55,912 nt of DNA from Sphingomonadaceae bacterium. Lineage in GTDB: Bacteria > Pseudomonadota > Alphaproteobacteria > Sphingomonadales > Sphingomonadaceae. The stretch covers positions 1-55,912 of the forward strand of contig JANYFA010000110.1 of the NCBI GenBank assembly GCA_025362895.1. Reading direction: 5' to 3'. The translations under genes and the position numbers were made by a program. Every line of letters begins with the position of its first letter. Positions within the stretch are counted from its first letter, which is position 1. This document shows positions 52,379-55,912 of this stretch, in pieces. The notes beneath the pieces were generated by a model. The model was not told the DNA's origin. It saw only the letters and a program-made list of their open reading frames with translations, and did no database searches.

Positions 52379-53506
52379 TCAGTCCATCAGGCTTTCGAAG
52401 CGGCGCAGGTGGAAGTCGGCGTCGCCGAACTGGCTTTCGATCATCGTCGCGCGCTTGAAATAATGGCCGATCGCAAGCTCGTTCGAGATGCCGATGCCGC
52501 CGTGGATCTGGACGGCGTTCTGGCCGACGAAGCGGGCACCGCGCGCGATCTTGTTCTTCGCCGCCGACACGTGCTTGCCGCGGTCGGCTTCGCCAAGGCG
52601 AAGCGTCGCCATCAGGGTCATGCTGACCGCCTGTTCGACCTCCATAAACATGTCGACCATGCGGTGCTGAAGAACTTGGAACTCGCCGATGGATTTGCCG
52701 AACTGCTTGCGCTGGCGGCTATAGTCGAGCGTTCCCTCGTGCAGCTTGCGCGTCACCCCGGCAGCCTCGGCGCAGACCGCAGCGATCGCCTCGTCGACGA
52801 CCTGCTCGACCAGCGGCAGGGCCTCGCCTTCTGTCCCGATAATGGCATCGGCCCCGACGGCGACATTTTCGAAATAGACCTCGCTCGCCCGCGCGCCATC
52901 GACCGTCGGATAGTCGCGTCGCGTGATACCCGGAGCGTCGGCGGCGATGAGGAACACCGATACGCCGCTGCGCTCGCGGACCGATCCGCCGGTGCGGGCG
53001 GTGACGATCAGATGAGTCGCCCACGGCGCGGCATAGACCACCGCCTTGTGACCGTTCAGGACATAACCCGCGCCGTCCTTCTTCGCCGTCGTCCGCAGGT
53101 CAGCAAGGTTGTAGCGACCTTGCGGCTCGGCATAAGCGAAAGCGATGACCGCGCTGCCGTCGATTATCTTGGGGATGACCGCGTCGGCCACGGCACCACC
53201 GGCGGCCTTGAGAAATCCACCGCCGATGACGACGGTCTGGAGATACGGCTCGATAACGAGCGCCTTGCCGATCTCCTCCATGACGATCATGTTTTCGATC
53301 GCGCCGCCGCCGAGGCCGCCGTGTTCCTCCGCGAACGGTGCGCCGAGGATACCGAGTTCCTCGGCGAAGGCTTTCCAGACGTGCGGGTTCCAGCCGCTCT
53401 CGCCGTGCACCGCCGCCATCCGCGCGTCGAAGGTGTAGGTATCGGCCAGATAGCGCGCGACCGAGTCGCGCAGCATCGTCTGTTCGTCAGTGAAGTTGAA
53501 GTCCAT
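52379..53506 (-). CDS. Acyl-CoA dehydrogenase, PimD-like small subunit
   Basis: MDFNFTDEQTMLRD, FAYAEP, RKQFG..I..FQVLQHRMVDM, AVQIHGGIG. Confidence 0.85.
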   Translation of the reverse strand: MDFNFTDEQTMLRDSVARYLADTYTFDARMAAVHGESGWNPHVWKAFAEELGILGAPFAEEHGGLGGGAIENMIVMEEIGKALVIEPYLQTVVIGGGFLKAAGGAVADAVIPKIIDGSAVIAFAYAEPQGRYNLADLRTTAKKDGAGYVLNGHKAVVYAAPWATHLIVTARTGGSVRERSGVSVFLIAADAPGITRRDYPTVDGARASEVYFENVAVGADAIIGTEGEALPLVEQVVDEAIAAVCAEAAGVTRKLHEGTLDYSRQRKQFGKSIGEFQVLQHRMVDMFMEVEQAVSMTLMATLRLGEADRGKHVSAAKNKIARGARFVGQNAVQIHGGIGISNELAIGHYFKRATMIESQFGDADFHLRRFESLMD

Positions 53507-53557
53507 GGTCCGATCCTCCCGCCGGCGCGCGTTCGCGCTGCCCGTTTCCCAATAGCG

Positions 53558-53643
53558 GTCATGCCGACGAACGCCAGCATCCACATTCGGGCACGGCACG
53601 AGGCCGGTGCGGGACCATGGATGCCAGCGTCCGCCAGCATGAC
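53558..53643. repeat. REP-like inverted-repeat element
   Basis: 26-nt imperfect arms GTCATGCCGACGAACGCCAGCATCCA and TGGATGCCAGCGTCCGCCAGCATGAC. Confidence 0.75.
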
Positions 53644-53655
53644 ATTCGTTTCAGT

Positions 53656-54876
53656 TCAGAGCCCCAGCACCATCTTGGCGATGATGTTGCGCTGAATCTC
53701 GTTCGAGCCGCCGTAGATGCTCGTCTTGCGGACGTTGAAGTACGTCGGGGCGGCGCGGTGAGCGTAGTCGGGGCCGATCGGGTGTTCGTTGTCGCCCTCG
53801 CCAAAGCCGCGGAAATAAGGCGCGCCGTAGTGGCCGACGGCTTCGAGCGCCAGCTCGGTGATCCGCTGCTGAATCTCGGTACCCTTGATCTTGAGCAGGC
53901 TGCTTTCCGGCCCCGGCCCCTTGCCCGACGATTCGCCGGCCAGCGTCCGCAGTTCGGTGAACTCCAGCGCCGTCAGGTCGATCTCGAGCTCGGCGACCTT
54001 GCGCTTGAAGAACGGGTTGGCGATCAGCGGTTGCGCCTCGTCGCCAAAGCTGTCGGTTTCGGTCCGGGCGATCGTCTTGATCCGCTCGACGCCGCGCTTC
54101 GACGCCGCGACCCCGGCGATGCCGGTGCGCTCGTGAGCAAGGAGGAACTTGGCGCAGGTCCAGCCCTTGTTCTCGTGGAAGACGCGGTTTTCGATCGGCA
54201 CGATGACGTCTTCGAACCAGACTTCATTGACCTCGTGCTCGCCGCCCAGCGTGATGATCGGGCGCACTGTGATGCCAGGCGTCTTCATATCAATCAGGAG
54301 GAAGCTGATGCCCTCCTGCGCCTTGACCGTGGCATCGGTGCGGACAAGGGCGAAAATCCAGTCGGCATGCTGCGCCAGCGTCGTCCACGTCTTTTGGCCG
54401 TTGACGCGATAATATTCCTTGCCGTCATCGCCGGTGAAGCGTTCGGCCTTGGTCCGCAGGGAGGCGAGGTCGCTGCCTGCGCCGGGCTCGCTATAGCCCT
54501 GGCACCACCAGTCGTCGCCGCTGAGGATGCGCGGCAGGAATTTCGCCTTCTGCTCGGGCGTGCCGAAGGTGTAGATCACCGGCCCGACCATGTTGAGGCC
54601 GAACGGCAGCAGGCGCATCGCGTCTGCGCGGGCACTTTCCTCGGCGAAGATATAGCGCTGAACACTTGTCCACCCGGTGCCGCCATATTCGACCGGCCAC
54701 GCGATGCCGGCCCAGCCCTTGGCGGCGAGCACGCGATGCCATGACAGGAAGTCTTCCTTCGACAGCTCCTCTCCTTCGTCGAACTTCGCCTTCAGATGCG
54801 GCGGGTAATGATCGGCGATGAATGTGCGAACCTCCTGCTGAAACGCGAGGTCGTCGGCGGAAAAGTTCAGATCCAT
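53656..54876 (-). CDS. Acyl-CoA dehydrogenase, PimC-like large subunit
   Basis: WWCQGYSEPGAGSDLASL, NEVWFEDV, GWTCAKFLLAHER, SIYGGSNEIQRNII. Confidence 0.88.
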   Translation of the reverse strand: MDLNFSADDLAFQQEVRTFIADHYPPHLKAKFDEGEELSKEDFLSWHRVLAAKGWAGIAWPVEYGGTGWTSVQRYIFAEESARADAMRLLPFGLNMVGPVIYTFGTPEQKAKFLPRILSGDDWWCQGYSEPGAGSDLASLRTKAERFTGDDGKEYYRVNGQKTWTTLAQHADWIFALVRTDATVKAQEGISFLLIDMKTPGITVRPIITLGGEHEVNEVWFEDVIVPIENRVFHENKGWTCAKFLLAHERTGIAGVAASKRGVERIKTIARTETDSFGDEAQPLIANPFFKRKVAELEIDLTALEFTELRTLAGESSGKGPGPESSLLKIKGTEIQQRITELALEAVGHYGAPYFRGFGEGDNEHPIGPDYAHRAAPTYFNVRKTSIYGGSNEIQRNIIAKMVLGL

Positions 54877-54931
54877 GTCGTGCTCCCAAGGTCCGGTTGA
54901 CGCGGACGTTAACACCAACCCTGCGCGCCGC

Positions 54932-55315
54932 CTAGCCGTGACCGCGTGCCGCAAGCTGGGCCGCGAAACAGCGCGCGGCTGGGTCGGCGGCGCCACTCGG
55001 GAGGCGGGCTTCGGCGAAGCGCGCGATCGGCTGACCGGCGGCGGGGTCGGGGTAATAATACACGTCGAGAACGCACCCGGCGGCGGCGAACTGGAGGGCG
55101 CGCGCCGTCCCCTCACGCCGGTCGAGGCTGGCGGGGCCGAGCAGCACCGTCGCCCTGGTTGCAGGTTGCCCAAGAATTCGCTCGAGGCCCGCGACCGGAG
55201 TCAACGCGACGGGCTTTGCCACAGTGATCGCCTTGGGCGGGGGCGTCGACGCGCAGGCGGCAGCGATAAGGGCAGCGAGCGGGGCGGCAAACGGGGCGAG
55301 GCGGAAACGAGGCAT
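54932..55315 (-). CDS. Hypothetical lipoprotein
   Basis: Lipobox-like AAAC; LLGPASLDRREG...LQF...CVLDVYYY. Confidence 0.7.
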   Translation of the reverse strand: MPRFRLAPFAAPLAALIAAACASTPPPKAITVAKPVALTPVAGLERILGQPATRATVLLGPASLDRREGTARALQFAAAGCVLDVYYYPDPAAGQPIARFAEARLPSGAADPAARCFAAQLAARGHG

Positions 55316-55427
55316 CGCCACCCCTTACGCCATTTCGCCATCCCCCCGAAAGCGATGATCGTGGTGCCGAGATGACGGCGGACCGGCGATGGGGTAGGCC
55401 GTGTCGAAATCGCTGCAAGGAGCCTTA

Positions 55428-55912
55428 ATGCCCGACATCCTCGCCATCGGCAACGCATTGGTCGACGTTATCACCACCGCCGACGCCCCGTTCCTCCACG
55501 ACCATGGCATCCCCAAGGGAACGATGCGCCTGATCGCCGCCGACGAGGCCGAACGGCTGTACGCCCTGATGGGGGCGGGCAAGGAGATTTCGGGCGGGTC
55601 GGCGGCCAACAGCGTCGCCGGGATCGCCGCGCTCGGCGGCTCCCCCGCCTTCATCGGGCGCGTCGCCGCCGATCAATTGGGCGAGGTGTTCGCCCATGAC
55701 ATTCGCGCCGCCGGGGTCGCCTTCGCCGTTCCCGCGATGGTCGACGGGCCGCCGACCGGGCGCTGCCTGATCGTCGTCACCCCCGACGGCGACCGGACGA
55801 TGTCGACCTACCTCGGCGCGTGCCAGGAACTGGGCGAGGCCGATGTCGACGACGACGCCGTCCGCGCCAGCCGCATCCTGTACCTCGAAGGCTATCTGTG
55901 GGACCCGCCCTA
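55428..55912 (+). CDS. Adenosine kinase / PfkB family carbohydrate kinase, 3' truncated by window edge
   Basis: AAGGAG RBS; MPDILAIGNALVDV...SGGSAANS...GRVAADQLGEVF...TGRCLIVVTPDGDRTMSTYLGA...LYLEGYLWD. Confidence 0.88.
   Translation, partial: MPDILAIGNALVDVITTADAPFLHDHGIPKGTMRLIAADEAERLYALMGAGKEISGGSAANSVAGIAALGGSPAFIGRVAADQLGEVFAHDIRAAGVAFAVPAMVDGPPTGRCLIVVTPDGDRTMSTYLGACQELGEADVDDDAVRASRILYLEGYLWDPP

Overview
High-GC, densely coding alphaproteobacterial chromosome segment. Gene content and order suggest Sphingomonadales (inference). It holds about 57 CDS, mostly housekeeping: argB-yggT-DUF167-folD-marC, argG, etfBA, egtBD, a PduO-type adenosyltransferase, an ATP-dependent DNA ligase, clpB, cobT, dnaKJ, grpE-hrcA, rph-rdgB-hemW-pyrD-ggt-acyl-CoA ligase, a PimCD-like dehydrogenase pair and a partial adenosine kinase. 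I found no rRNA, tRNA, CRISPR array or transposase. Most interesting: (1) a clpB-cobT interval (27.7-34.7 kb) with a Cys-rich TonB-dependent receptor, a sulfotransferase-like protein with a degenerate PAPS loop, a TPR-Asp/Asn beta-hydroxylase, two Cys-pair secreted proteins and a lipoprotein with a duplicated Asn-rich 18-aa repeat, a candidate uncharacterised transport/modification system; (2) an HNH-nfrB-nfrA-like operon whose nfrA-like gene has two compensating frameshifts plus a nonsense codon; (3) two G10 tracts each exactly 4 nt before an ATG; (4) patches of atypical A/T-ending codons inside conserved genes (dnaK 5' half, etfA-egtB); (5) a divergent pair of Cys-flanked glycine-zipper proteins. 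All calls come from reading motifs by eye; no searches were run.
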